DNA of 64,000 nt from an uncultured Planctomycetia bacterium (GCA_964642015.1 CAZXLF010000003.1:36204-100203), one strand, 5' to 3'; numbered from the stretch's first letter, positions 1-9,284 are shown. The notes: generated by a model from the letters alone, not told the origin. Made by a program: numbers and translations.

Positions 1-1435
1 CGATTATGATGTGGACGGTATCACGGGAAGTTCTATTCTTTATCCGGTATTGAAAGATCTTGGCGCGGATGTTGAGGCGTATATCCCTCATCGCATTGAC
101 GAGGGTTACGGTTTGAATCTGGAAGCGCTTGAAAAAGCCGTTAAAAAAGGTATTCGGCTTGTGATCACGGTCGATAACGGGATAACCGGCTACGAGCAGA
201 TCAAATTTTTAGCCGATAAAGGCGTGGATTCGATCATCGTGGATCATCACTTGCCCAAAGAAAAGGTCCCGCCGGCTTTTGCGATCATCAGCTCGGTGAT
301 CGATCAAAAAGGGGATGGAAATCTTGCGGCCTGCGGTCTTGCGTTCAAGCTGGTTTGGGCGCTAAAAGGAAGTTTTGAAGCGGTGAAGGATTCTCTGGAT
401 CTTGTAACGGTGGGCACGATCGCCGACATTGCGCCGGTTACCGGTGAAAATAGAGTGCTCCTCAAATACGGTATACCGATTCTGGCAAAAACAAGGCGTA
501 TGGGTCTGCGAGCACTGATGAACCAAGCCGGGATCGGTTATTCGAGGATAAGTTTCCGTGATATTGGTTTTGGTCTTGGTCCGCGCATCAACGCTTCCGG
601 ACGCATGGGCTCTCCGGAAACAGCGTTCAAATTGCTTACTACCAATAATCCTATCGAAGCTGAAAATCTAGCTCAAATTCTTGAAGAAGATAATAAGGAA
701 AGACAGCGCGTAGAATCAAACGCTTACGAAGAGGCCCTGGAAAGGATCGAGATGGATGCTTTTCAGTCTCAATGCAAAGTGATCGTGCTGGACAGTGAAA
801 ATTGGCACGAAGGAGTATTGGGCATTGTGGCCTCAAGGGTTGTGAATCGCTATCAGAAGCCGTCCATTGTGATATCAAAGCGGGCAGGTATGGGTAAAGG
901 TTCCGGCCGTTCAGTGCCTTCGTTTTCATTATTTGAAAATGTATTGGCATGCGAAGAGCTTCTCGAAACGTTCGGAGGGCATGCGCAGGCCTGCGGCTTG
1001 ACGATCAAGGAAGAAAATATTCAAAAATTCAGAGCAAAGGTCAATGCAGTTGCGGACCAAAAAGGAGGCTCCTTAACGATCGATCCTGAGCTGGTCGTTG
1101 ATTCGGAGGTCGCGTTGCCCGACATTGATCTGAAATTCGTTCAGGATCTTGAAAAACTTGAGCCGTTCGGCCCGGGCAATAAAAAACCTGATTTTTTGAC
1201 AAGGGGTGTTTATATAAAAAGCCCTGTCCGAAAAAAGGGTAAAGACACCCTGCATTGTTGGATCACGGACCGGGAAGGAAAAGTTACCTGTGAGATGGTC
1301 GGTTTCAGAAAGTTCGATCAATGGGCCGGACGCAAACACAGCGGCTCATTGGATATTGTGCATCGGCCTTCAATTAAAGATTTTAACGGGATACTGACTA
1401 TTCAGCTTGACCTGGAGGATTGGAAGCTCCGGTGA
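1..1435 (+). CDS. recJ: Single-stranded-DNA-specific exonuclease RecJ, 5'-truncated by the window edge
   Basis: The frame is open from nt 2 (DYDVDG = DHH motif I). DHH-family motifs ITVDNG and VVDHH are present, followed by a DHHA1-like C-terminal region with GGH. The gene start lies upstream of the window. Confidence 0.85.
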   Translation, partial: DYDVDGITGSSILYPVLKDLGADVEAYIPHRIDEGYGLNLEALEKAVKKGIRLVITVDNGITGYEQIKFLADKGVDSIIVDHHLPKEKVPPAFAIISSVIDQKGDGNLAACGLAFKLVWALKGSFEAVKDSLDLVTVGTIADIAPVTGENRVLLKYGIPILAKTRRMGLRALMNQAGIGYSRISFRDIGFGLGPRINASGRMGSPETAFKLLTTNNPIEAENLAQILEEDNKERQRVESNAYEEALERIEMDAFQSQCKVIVLDSENWHEGVLGIVASRVVNRYQKPSIVISKRAGMGKGSGRSVPSFSLFENVLACEELLETFGGHAQACGLTIKEENIQKFRAKVNAVADQKGGSLTIDPELVVDSEVALPDIDLKFVQDLEKLEPFGPGNKKPDFLTRGVYIKSPVRKKGKDTLHCWITDREGKVTCEMVGFRKFDQWAGRKHSGSLDIVHRPSIKDFNGILTIQLDLEDWKLR

Positions 1436-1685
1436 CGGGCTTCTTCCAAGTCCTTTTGGGTGCTCGCGTGACCAGGCCTTTTTTAATATAAGAAGCCGCG
1501 ACGCGCACCTTCTTGACCGTGCCATTTTCCACGATCTTTACGGATTGAAGGTTCGGCATAAAGCGGCGTGTCGTGATGCCGGTCGTTTTCAAGCCGATAC
1601 CACCGGATTTTTTGGCGATACCGCGACGGGTGATTTTCTTGCCAAGATGAGGTTTTTTTCCTGTAAAATAACAAACTCTGGACAT
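1398..1685 (-). CDS. rpmB: 50S ribosomal protein L28 with a roughly 25 aa C-terminal extension
   Basis: The N-terminus MSRVCYFTGKKPHLGKKI...TRRFMPNLQ matches the L28 signature (MSRVCxxTGK...KRRFxPNL). The 3' end overlaps the recJ 3' end convergently by 38 nt. Confidence 0.8.
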   Translation of the reverse strand: MSRVCYFTGKKPHLGKKITRRGIAKKSGGIGLKTTGITTRRFMPNLQSVKIVENGTVKKVRVAASYIKKGLVTRAPKRTWKKPVTGASNPPGQAE

Positions 1686-1728
1686 CGAATCTCCTTTTGA
1701 AGAAAACGTAATCTATCATGATTTAAAG

Positions 1729-3951
1729 GTGAAATCAAGCGAAACTTTGACTCAACCGATCACGTTAAAAACTCCTCTGCAGTATTTGAAAGGCGTGGGC
1801 CCTGAGCGCTCAAAGACGCTGGCGCGGTTAGGGCTTTTCACGATCGAGGACGCGCTGTATTTTTTTCCCCGGCGTTACGAAAACCGTTTTCCCATCAAGA
1901 AAATCTCGGAGATCTCATTAGAGGATAAAGAATGCGTCGCGGGTTATGTGCAGAGCCGTGGGCTTATCCGCACCAGGCACGGGCAGACTATTTTCAGGGC
2001 TGTGCTGTCCGATGGCCCGGCGGCTCAGAGTTTATCAGCATCGAGATTGTTCGGCGTCTGGTTCAACCAGCCGTATCTCGGCAAGGTCATCTTGCCAAAG
2101 GCCAAGGTGGTATTTTACGGAAAGGCAGAGAGGGAAGGGCGTCATTTCCAGATGACCCATCCTGAATACGAGATTCTGACAGCGGATAACGGTTCGCAAA
2201 CGGTCCATTCGGGAAGGATCGTGCCGATCTATCCTTTGACCGAAGATCTCAGCCAAAAAGGGATCAGACAGCTTATCTTTCGCGTGCTTGCCGAGTATTT
2301 AAAATTAACAAAGGACCCTCTGCCGTTTTCATTTAGAAAGAGACTGAACTTTCAGGATCTGGCAACATCGATACGGCAGATCCATTTTCCGGCCGCGGAG
2401 GCGGACCGAAAACGCGCCTACGAAAGACTCGTCTTCAATGAATTTTTCTTTCAGCAGCTTATCGTCCAGATGAAGAAAGCGGAGCTTCAAAAGAAGAACG
2501 CGCTGATCTCTCACCAGGGCGGTGATGAAAAGGTCGCCGAGCTTGTGGAGTCCATCGGTTTTCAGCTCACAAAGGGCCAGCAAAACGCGATACAGGACCT
2601 GATCGGCGATATGAAGAAAGACCGGCCGATGAACCGCCTGGTCCAAGGGGATGTCGGAAGCGGAAAAACGATCGTGGCCGCCGCGGGATTGGTATTCACG
2701 GTAGCAAACGGATTTCAAGGCGCTTTGATGGCTCCGACTGAAGTGTTGGCGCAGCAGCATTATTTTAATTTAACCCAAGCCCTGGAACCTCTGGGCATCG
2801 TATGCGGTTATCTTGCGAATGACCTGGCTCAGGTGGATAAACAGAAAGTTTTGAACGGCATCGCCGATGGAAGTGTCCAGGTCGTCGTCGGTACGCATTC
2901 GTTGATCCAGGAGAATGTCCGGTTTAAAAATTTAGGTCTCGCTGTCATCGACGAACAGCACAAATTCGGGGTGTTTCAGCGCGCGGCGCTGAAGGAGAAA
3001 GGATTGGGCGGGTCGTCCGCCACTAAAGCGTCGGCGGATGCGTCTGGCTCGCCTTCGGTGAGCAGCGCACATTTTTTATTGATGACGGCTACGCCGATTC
3101 CGCGCACGCTGGCATTCACGCTCTATGGAGACATGGATATTTCCGTCATGGCCGAGCTGCCGAAAGGCAGAAAGACGATCAAGACTTTCTGGGTCGGCGA
3201 GAATAAAAGAAAAGAGATCTATGATCTTTTAGATTCGCAGGTCGCAAAAGGCGGACAGGGCTACGTGATCTGTCCGCTGGTCCTCGCCACAAAGCGTGGC
3301 GAGTCCGCCGCGGTTTCTGGCGGAGATGATAGAAAAGCACTAAAGAGTGCTCTCGAAATCTATGAGGAGCTTTCAAAAATATTTTCTCACCGCAAGGTGG
3401 GATTGCTCCACGGGCGCATGAGAAGCGACGGAAAGAAAAAGGTCATGCAGGATTTTAAGGATAAAAAGATAGATATCCTTGTGTCGACGGTCGTGATCGA
3501 GGTCGGCGTGGATGTGCCGAACGCGAATGTGATGATCATCGAAAACGCGGACCGGTTCGGGCTCGCCCAACTTCACCAGCTGCGCGGACGCGTGGGGCGC
3601 GGCACGGAAGAATCGACGTGCATCCTGTTCTCAGACACCGTAAATCCCGAGTCGATGGAACGCTTGAGCGCTTTTGAATCCATGCAAAGCGGATTCGATA
3701 TCGCCGAAAAAGACCTGAGCTTGCGCGGAGCGGGCGACATCGTCGGAGAAAAACAGCATGGCCTGCCGAACCTGCGCATCGGCGACCTGTCAAAGGACAT
3801 CCATATCCTGATCAAAGCCAAGAACGAGGCCGTCCGGATAGTGGATAAAGATCCTCTGCTCAAGTCATCCGAAAATCAGGCGCTTAAATCCGCTCTTCGG
3901 GAAAAATTTTCTCTGCCCTCGAATAAAGAAATGGCCGTTTACGCGTCATGA
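1729..3951 (+). CDS. recG: ATP-dependent DNA helicase RecG
   Basis: Wedge-domain region LKGVGPERSKTLARLGLFTIEDALYFFPRRYE, Walker A GDVGSGKT, DEQHKFGV, MTATPIPRT and the C-terminal helicase motif QLHQLRGRVGRG. A Ser/Ala-rich low-complexity insert sits between DEQH and TATPIPRT. Confidence 0.92.
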   Translation: MKSSETLTQPITLKTPLQYLKGVGPERSKTLARLGLFTIEDALYFFPRRYENRFPIKKISEISLEDKECVAGYVQSRGLIRTRHGQTIFRAVLSDGPAAQSLSASRLFGVWFNQPYLGKVILPKAKVVFYGKAEREGRHFQMTHPEYEILTADNGSQTVHSGRIVPIYPLTEDLSQKGIRQLIFRVLAEYLKLTKDPLPFSFRKRLNFQDLATSIRQIHFPAAEADRKRAYERLVFNEFFFQQLIVQMKKAELQKKNALISHQGGDEKVAELVESIGFQLTKGQQNAIQDLIGDMKKDRPMNRLVQGDVGSGKTIVAAAGLVFTVANGFQGALMAPTEVLAQQHYFNLTQALEPLGIVCGYLANDLAQVDKQKVLNGIADGSVQVVVGTHSLIQENVRFKNLGLAVIDEQHKFGVFQRAALKEKGLGGSSATKASADASGSPSVSSAHFLLMTATPIPRTLAFTLYGDMDISVMAELPKGRKTIKTFWVGENKRKEIYDLLDSQVAKGGQGYVICPLVLATKRGESAAVSGGDDRKALKSALEIYEELSKIFSHRKVGLLHGRMRSDGKKKVMQDFKDKKIDILVSTVVIEVGVDVPNANVMIIENADRFGLAQLHQLRGRVGRGTEESTCILFSDTVNPESMERLSAFESMQSGFDIAEKDLSLRGAGDIVGEKQHGLPNLRIGDLSKDIHILIKAKNEAVRIVDKDPLLKSSENQALKSALREKFSLPSNKEMAVYAS

Positions 3952-4496
3952 AGATCTTGACCGGCCGCCTTCGCGGAAGGACCATCAGCTATAAACCAAA
4001 AACTTTTTTACGGCCCACAGCGGATAAGGCAAGAAAAGCGATCTTTGATATGCTTCAGGGGCAGTTTGAAGGCAAAAAAGCGCTCGATCTTTTTAGCGGC
4101 ACCGGCGCTTTGGGTTTTGAGGCGTTCTCTCAGGGCGCGGAACATGTGACCTTTGTTGAAATAGACAGGCCGCAGGCACGCGCGGTACAAGAGGACCTGA
4201 AAAAACTCGGTTTTCAAGAAAAAGCGGAGATCGTTATCGCCGATGCTATCACTGCGATCCAGAGATTCTCGCGCGAAGAAAGAAAATTCGATTTTGTACT
4301 TCTCGACCCGCCCTATGAGCAGGGATTGGGTGAGCGGACGCTGACGGAGCTCGCGAAGTCAAAGGTGCTCGAAAAGGACGCGTTGGTCATTTACGAATGC
4401 AGAGAGTCGAAAGATTCGCCGGAAATAGACGGCTTTGAATGTATCAAAGACAAAGTGTACGGCGATACGCGGATCTTGATCTATCGGTGCGCTTAG
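3948..4496 (+). CDS. rsmD: 16S rRNA (guanine966-N2)-methyltransferase RsmD
   Basis: RPTADKARKAIFDML, the SAM-binding LDLFSGTGALGFEA and the LLDPPY motif. The start overlaps the recG stop (ATGA). Confidence 0.85.
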   Translation: MKILTGRLRGRTISYKPKTFLRPTADKARKAIFDMLQGQFEGKKALDLFSGTGALGFEAFSQGAEHVTFVEIDRPQARAVQEDLKKLGFQEKAEIVIADAITAIQRFSREERKFDFVLLDPPYEQGLGERTLTELAKSKVLEKDALVIYECRESKDSPEIDGFECIKDKVYGDTRILIYRCA

Positions 4497-4642
4497 TCTG
4501 TCATCGCGAGCGTGGGGTGAAGTCCGTGGCGTGGCGATCTCGGCAGCGTAGCTGCTGCGGAAGTCACTCTCTGGCGCGGATTAATTTTTATAAATAGCCG
4601 GCTGTTTGACATTCCCGTACCGCGGAGTTAACCTATCCGCCT

Positions 4643-5146
4643 ATGAAGAAGAGCGTATTTTTCATGTTCCTCATGATAGGCGTGTCCATTTCAGGTGTTT
4701 CTTTCGCCGCCGGCTCCATCAAAACGGCTGACATTCAAAAGGTAAATTTGGGTGATACGGTCAAGCAGGTCACTCGAAAGCTGGGCGAGCCCCGAGAGGT
4801 TCTCGCGAAAGAAATGACGCCTGACGGCAAAGAGCAGATCACCTGGCGTTACGAAGTGGTTCCGGATCAGCCCAGGAACCGGGTGAATCCTTTCAGCGCG
4901 CTCGGCGGTTTTATCTACACGCCTCCGCATGCGGATGAACACGGCTTCTACCACCAGGGCAGTATCGCGGGCGGTCTGCTTGGTGAATCTCCCGGTGAGG
5001 CGGCGGCGAGCCAACAAGCCTACTATAATAGTCCGCAAGGTCAGGCCGAGAGAGCCCGCGCGCTGGCGCAGCCGTCTAAAGCAAACTGTGTGGTTGTTTT
5101 CACGAACGGCAAGGTGTCGAGCATCAAAAAACAAGAAACGAATTAA
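4643..5146 (+). CDS. Secreted protein with a BamE/SmpA_OmlA-like domain
   Basis: N-terminal signal peptide (MKKSVFFMFLMIGVSISGVSFAAGS). The LGDTVKQVTRKLGEPREV...EQITWRY pattern resembles the SmpA/OmlA fold. There is no lipobox cysteine. Confidence 0.45.
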   Translation: MKKSVFFMFLMIGVSISGVSFAAGSIKTADIQKVNLGDTVKQVTRKLGEPREVLAKEMTPDGKEQITWRYEVVPDQPRNRVNPFSALGGFIYTPPHADEHGFYHQGSIAGGLLGESPGEAAASQQAYYNSPQGQAERARALAQPSKANCVVVFTNGKVSSIKKQETN

Positions 5147-5160
5147 ACCTCTTTCTTCGG

Positions 5161-5197
5161 TCGCCGTCAGCGCAAAACGCTGGCGGTTTTTTGATTT
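5161..5197 (+). terminator. Rho-independent terminator after the BamE-like gene
   Basis: Imperfect GC hairpin (CGCCGTCAGCG / CGCTGGCGG, one mismatch) followed by TTTTTTGATTTT. Confidence 0.6.
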
Positions 5198-5258
5198 TGG
5201 GAGCAAAATATCTATTCATATAAGTATCGGGACAAGACGCGGTAAATATCACTGAGCA

Positions 5259-5708
5259 ATGGCGATTCGAATTAAACCAAATAAACGGCAGGTAGCCTCT
5301 TTTATCCTGGCGAGCCTGCTCTTGGCCCTAAACTTCACGATGCACTACGGCGTATGGAAGCAGGTGCGGGGCTACAACTTGGATAAGACGCGTTATGAAA
5401 AGCTTGCCCTCGCTTATCATCTGGGCGGGGACACCGGCATCAATTATGAGCTCAATAATCTGGCGAAACACGATCCGTCGGCCGCTGATTTTGTCAGCAG
5501 GACTTCCGCCGAGATCAGGGAAGCAAAAGATGTGCGGCAATTTATCCGCTCATCGATGGCGGCGGACCGCGATAAAATAAATCATTTAAAAAAGAACCGT
5601 CTTATTCTGTCCGGAGTCATTTATTTTGTATTGGCCTGCCAAGTCTTACTGAATGCCAGGCATTGGTGGAAGGATAACCGGCATCACTTTCAAAAGGCTG
5701 TTCAGTAG
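5259..5708 (+). CDS. Hypothetical membrane protein
   Basis: 149 aa ORF with hydrophobic N- and C-terminal segments. No recognisable motif and a weak RBS. Confidence 0.3.
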   Translation: MAIRIKPNKRQVASFILASLLLALNFTMHYGVWKQVRGYNLDKTRYEKLALAYHLGGDTGINYELNNLAKHDPSAADFVSRTSAEIREAKDVRQFIRSSMAADRDKINHLKKNRLILSGVIYFVLACQVLLNARHWWKDNRHHFQKAVQ

Positions 5709-5893
5709 AACCGCGCTGGAAGGCGGCCGACAAACAGATAGCCTATCGGACACGATGGGGCGCAAAGCCGCAGGCCCTCACTTAATAAGATCCGAGCAGG
5801 ACAGCTGGGTTGCCAAAAAAATTCCCCTTTTTCCCTGCGACCCTTTTCTTCTCATGAAAAGGATTTCTTTTATTCTGAGGATTTATAATAGAT

Positions 5894-6538
5894 ATGCCTT
5901 TTAAAAATGTTTCCATGTGGACAATTCCAGTCTCGCCTAGTGCGTTAATTGGTATTGCAACGTGGTCGTTGAGGATGGAACAAAAGCTCTCTGGCGCGCA
6001 GGCGGCGTACCAGCTGGTCGGGTCTTTCTGCAATGAAATAAGGCACGTTTTACTCCGATGGGTCCAAACTCTTTGTTTGGACAACCGATGACACAAGCCC
6101 GGCAAATCACACGATCTATACGGTACATGTATCACGCGGATACCTTATTGAGAATTCCAAAAAAGAACCTGGCGAAAATCTTTTTTCTGAAAGTCTAGAT
6201 CGTTCCGTTACATCCATGATAAGAACGAAAGTCAATGGCAATCCCCTAAGGATACTGAATCCAAGCATGCCGGCGATTGCAAAGACAAAGCGCTATGGCT
6301 TTACAGTGAGCTGAAAAAAAACGGTTACTGGAATGTCCGTTTAGTCGTAGGCAAATATAGAAGTTTTGACAGATCTTTTCATGCTTGGTTGTGGTACACA
6401 GATGATTCAAATATCACTTATTTACTCGATCCCACGATCCAGAAAAAAGTGTGGGAATTAAAAGACATGGAAGACGGCTTCTACAAGCCGGCCTATTCAT
6501 TCAACGGCGATAACAAATACCGATATGCAGTTTCTTAA
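5894..6538 (+). pseudogene. Transglutaminase-like (Cys-His-Asp) cysteine peptidase domain gene, disrupted by frameshifts
   Basis: Three consecutive ORF pieces in different frames: 5894-6091, 6088-6198 and 6191-6538. The last piece has no start codon but carries the transglutaminase-core signature GDCKD...HAWLWY...LLDPT. The second break falls in a T6 homopolymer at 6181-6186. Confidence 0.4.
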
Positions 6539-6633
6539 TTTATCTCTCCAACCAAACGGTCGTTCCCTAGCATCTATTCATTCCGCGGCTAGTTGTGCTA
6601 ATCTAAAAGTAGATTATTTTATAAAGGAGAATC

Positions 6634-6735
6634 ATGAAAAAAAGTAAAAGAAGGAAAGAGTGGCTCCTTGTTCTAAGAGACGTAGCAAAAATAGTCACTG
6701 GTCTAGCCTCAATGGCCAAACTGTTTTGGAAGTAA
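6634..6735 (+). CDS. Small hypothetical protein (33 aa, basic N-terminus then a hydrophobic segment)
   Basis: AAAGGAGA RBS 7 nt upstream of the ATG. Encodes MKKSKRRKEWLLVLRDVAKIVTGLASMAKLFWK. It is below the ORF-track length cutoff. Confidence 0.3.
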   Translation: MKKSKRRKEWLLVLRDVAKIVTGLASMAKLFWK

Positions 6736-7005
6736 AACCAAAACTTTATACATTAACCGGAACGTCGCTAAAGAGAGTTTTAAGCGAGGCTATGACTTAT
6801 GAGAGGTTTTGGGTTGGACTCTAATTGTTATAAAACAACCGTACATAAAGCAGCGGTTGGCAAAGTAGAAGGTTAATAGTGAAAGTGTAAATAAGTATGA
6901 ATATGCTCACATAATTTTTTGAATATTATTTTGCTTTCCTCCCAATGCAATCTTAAAATAACATATACGATGTCAAATAGACTGTATGCATGAAAAATTA
7001 TTAGA

Positions 7006-7034
7006 CCCAGGAGAGATCCTGGGTTTATTTATTT
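7006..7034 (+). terminator. Terminator-like hairpin immediately upstream of the PEP-CTERM gene RBS
   Basis: Perfect CCCAGGA-gaga-TCCTGGG stem followed by TTTATTTATTT. Either a terminator of upstream transcription or a leader structure. Confidence 0.45.
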
Positions 7035-7044
7035 GGAGCTAACA

Positions 7045-8106
7045 ATGAAAAAATTAAACCTCTTTATTTTTATTTGTTCCATCTTTTTTAGTAATTGTGC
7101 GCACGCAAATGAATATAAAGTCACAGACCTTGGAGCTTATGATCAGCCACAAGATATTAATTCTAACGATGAGATCGTAGGGTTATCTTCTACATCAATT
7201 TCTCATTCTCCTGCTTATCCCTTTTATTGGTCCTCAACCTCTGGATTTAAACAATTACCAAGCAATGGAGATACTGGCCAAGCACTAGGAATAAATGATG
7301 CGGGAGTAATAGTTGGTGTAACTAGCTCAGTAAGTAAACCTGTTTATTGGTTAAACTCGTCAGCGCCCATTTCTAGTTTCAATTACGATAACGGCGGAGC
7401 GGCATTTAAGATAAATGATAATAATCAAACTACAGGATTTATTGGTGCAGGCTCCCCGCATCCGAATAATGCAGCCTTTTGGCCTAGCCTGACAAGTAAG
7501 GCGACTTTAATACCTCCAACGGGAGGCAGTTATAGTGGCGGTTCTGATATTAATGAATCGGGAGTTATATCAGGCTCAACAAATTATTCAACTAACACGG
7601 GTCTATATCATGCGATGTATTGGAATGGATCAATTCATGATATTGGATCATTAGGTGATTCAGGTGATAGTTACTCTAGCGCAATTAATGATTCAAATAA
7701 AATAGCCGGTTTGTCCAAGAACGCCGCAGGCTATTATCATGCATTCTTTTGGGATGGATCAACGATGACGGATTTGTTCCCATTAAGCACTAAAGCCTCT
7801 GTCGCAGCGGATATAAACAATCACGATCAAGTTGTTGGAACAGATAAGGATTTAGAAGCATTTATTTGGGATTCCAAAAATGGAGTTCGTTCAATTTCCA
7901 CGCTGGTAACAAATCCGAACAATTGGGATTTTCAATCTGCATACGCAATCAATGATCGAGGAGACATTGTTGGCTTTGGCACATTCAATGGTGTCGAGCA
8001 TGGTTTTCTTTTAACTGTTACGCCCGAGCCGTCCTCAATGCTTCTTTTTGGTATAGGTGGAGTCGCTTTATTATTAGCACAGAGAAAAAGGAGATACGTA
8101 AAATAA
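7045..8106 (+). CDS. PEP-CTERM-anchored surface protein with HAF-family extracellular repeats
   Basis: Signal peptide MKKLNLFIFICSIFFSNCAHA. Seven IN(D/E)xGxIVG repeats with YHAMYW / YHAFFW / EHGFLL (HAF) motifs. The C-terminal VTPEPSSMLLFGIGGVALLLAQRKRR is a PEP-CTERM sorting signal. GGAG RBS upstream. GC is low (about 35-38%). Confidence 0.75.
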   Translation: MKKLNLFIFICSIFFSNCAHANEYKVTDLGAYDQPQDINSNDEIVGLSSTSISHSPAYPFYWSSTSGFKQLPSNGDTGQALGINDAGVIVGVTSSVSKPVYWLNSSAPISSFNYDNGGAAFKINDNNQTTGFIGAGSPHPNNAAFWPSLTSKATLIPPTGGSYSGGSDINESGVISGSTNYSTNTGLYHAMYWNGSIHDIGSLGDSGDSYSSAINDSNKIAGLSKNAAGYYHAFFWDGSTMTDLFPLSTKASVAADINNHDQVVGTDKDLEAFIWDSKNGVRSISTLVTNPNNWDFQSAYAINDRGDIVGFGTFNGVEHGFLLTVTPEPSSMLLFGIGGVALLLAQRKRRYVK

Positions 8107-8137
8107 TCATTACCTCATGTAGACTGAACCCCGTCCG

Positions 8138-8171
8138 AATAGCCTAAAAAGGGACGGGTTAGGCTATTTTT
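8138..8171 (+). terminator. Rho-independent terminator after the PEP-CTERM gene
   Basis: Perfect 10-bp stem AATAGCCTAA / TTAGGCTATT with an 11-nt loop, then TTTTT. Confidence 0.6.
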
Positions 8172-8230
8172 CTTCCTCGCAGTAGAATGTTCATACTTTA
8201 AGTAAACGATCGCCAATAGGAGGCATTAAC

Positions 8231-8515
8231 ATGGCCACTTTCATTGTTCGTCATAAAGTAAAAGATTACGCGACTTGGAAAAAGGTATTCGCCGAACATG
8301 GCAAAGTGCGCGCGCAATACGGATTTACGAAGAGCCGGGTTTACCGGTATTTGGATGATCCGAACCACCTGATCGTTGTCTGTGACGTGAAGGATATCCA
8401 AAAAGCCAAAGCGCTTTCCAGCTCGCCGGATCTGGCGCAAACCATGAAAGCGGCCGGTGTCGTGGACGAGCCGAAGATGTTCTATCTCGACGAAGGTGAA
8501 AGTTTCCCAAGCTAA
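8231..8515 (+). CDS. Small ABM/Dabb-like (ferredoxin-fold) protein
   Basis: 94 aa with a strong AGGAGG RBS. The pattern YRYLDDPNHLIVVCDVKDIQKAKA resembles antibiotic-biosynthesis-monooxygenase-like domains. The longer antisense ORF at 8198-8617 is judged spurious. Confidence 0.45.
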   Translation: MATFIVRHKVKDYATWKKVFAEHGKVRAQYGFTKSRVYRYLDDPNHLIVVCDVKDIQKAKALSSSPDLAQTMKAAGVVDEPKMFYLDEGESFPS

Positions 8516-8598
8516 CTGTAAATTCTCTGCCGTGAGATACTTCCCAGTTGATCCAAGCGGCGGGCGATGAGTCTGTAGTTTTTTATTGGGAGTAATGT

Positions 8599-8934
8599 GT
8601 GAGGCAATTTCACTCAAACCAAGATTTCTATAATTTCCTTGATGAGCTATCTATTAGACTAAAATCCTCAGGCTTTGATGATATAGAAAGAAGGATCCAT
8701 ACGCTTATTCATAAGACTGCGTGGACAACGTCATCTGAACTTCTAGGTGAACTGCGAATTGCTTTAAGCGAGTTCAAAGCTAAGCATCAAGGCGTGCTTG
8801 AAAATATCTTAGAAAGCGATATCGATATGTGTATAAAAACGATTGACGGTGCGTTTGCTGCTTCAAATAAGGGACGGAAACGTCAGCCAACCCTTGTTCG
8901 ATTTCTGATTAATATGCTGAAGACCAGGCGATAG
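8599..8934 (+). CDS. Hypothetical protein
   Basis: 111 aa, GTG start with a GGGAG RBS. No recognised motif. Confidence 0.35.
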   Translation: MRQFHSNQDFYNFLDELSIRLKSSGFDDIERRIHTLIHKTAWTTSSELLGELRIALSEFKAKHQGVLENILESDIDMCIKTIDGAFAASNKGRKRQPTLVRFLINMLKTRR

Positions 8935-8954
8935 ATATAGGAAATCGTAGAGAC

Positions 8955-9284
8955 ATGTTTGCCGTTTTCATCGGATATAGCTCCATTCTTTTGGGAATCT
9001 CGTGGATATTAAAGCCGGACATCTTAAGAAATCAGTTTTTGCAGAAAACGCACAAATCTTTTTTTTGGTTTACTCTGGGCCTGCTGTTTTATCCCATGGG
9101 TTATTTTGGAAAGAGAGTGGGTATCGCAGGGATAGTCGTAATATTGGTTCTTTTTTGGGTAGCAATGAAAATGACACATGAAAAAATGAGTCAATTCTTC
9201 CGGAAGATCCCTCGTTTACCTTTTCAGGTTTTTGGTTTGGTGAATATCGCATCTGGGTGCACGCTGCTATTGTGGCATAAATAA
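8955..9284 (+). CDS. Hypothetical small membrane protein
   Basis: 109 aa with 3-4 predicted hydrophobic helices. Confidence 0.35.
   Translation: MFAVFIGYSSILLGISWILKPDILRNQFLQKTHKSFFWFTLGLLFYPMGYFGKRVGIAGIVVILVLFWVAMKMTHEKMSQFFRKIPRLPFQVFGLVNIASGCTLLLWHK

Noticed and set aside
1407-2760. Several 60-140 aa ORFs antisense to or out of frame within rpmB/recG (for example 1407-1700 +, 1483-1719 -, 2329-2760 -)
   Set aside because: They lie inside well-supported genes. Their translations are Arg/Cys-rich low-complexity sequences typical of off-frame reading.
4503-4512. Shared 10-mer TGTCATCGCG between the rsmD-downstream gap (4503) and the AT-rich region before the QueC-like gene (12931), considered as a possible repeat element
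   Set aside because: Exact 10-mer matches are expected many times by chance in 64 kb, and the flanks do not align.
5782-6135. 117-aa minus-strand ORF in the degraded region
   Set aside because: It is antisense to the frameshifted transglutaminase-like remnant and has no RBS or recognisable features.
8198-8617. 139-aa minus-strand ORF overlapping the ABM-like gene
   Set aside because: It is antisense to a + strand ORF that has a strong AGGAGG RBS and a recognisable fold pattern, and the minus ORF has no RBS or motif.
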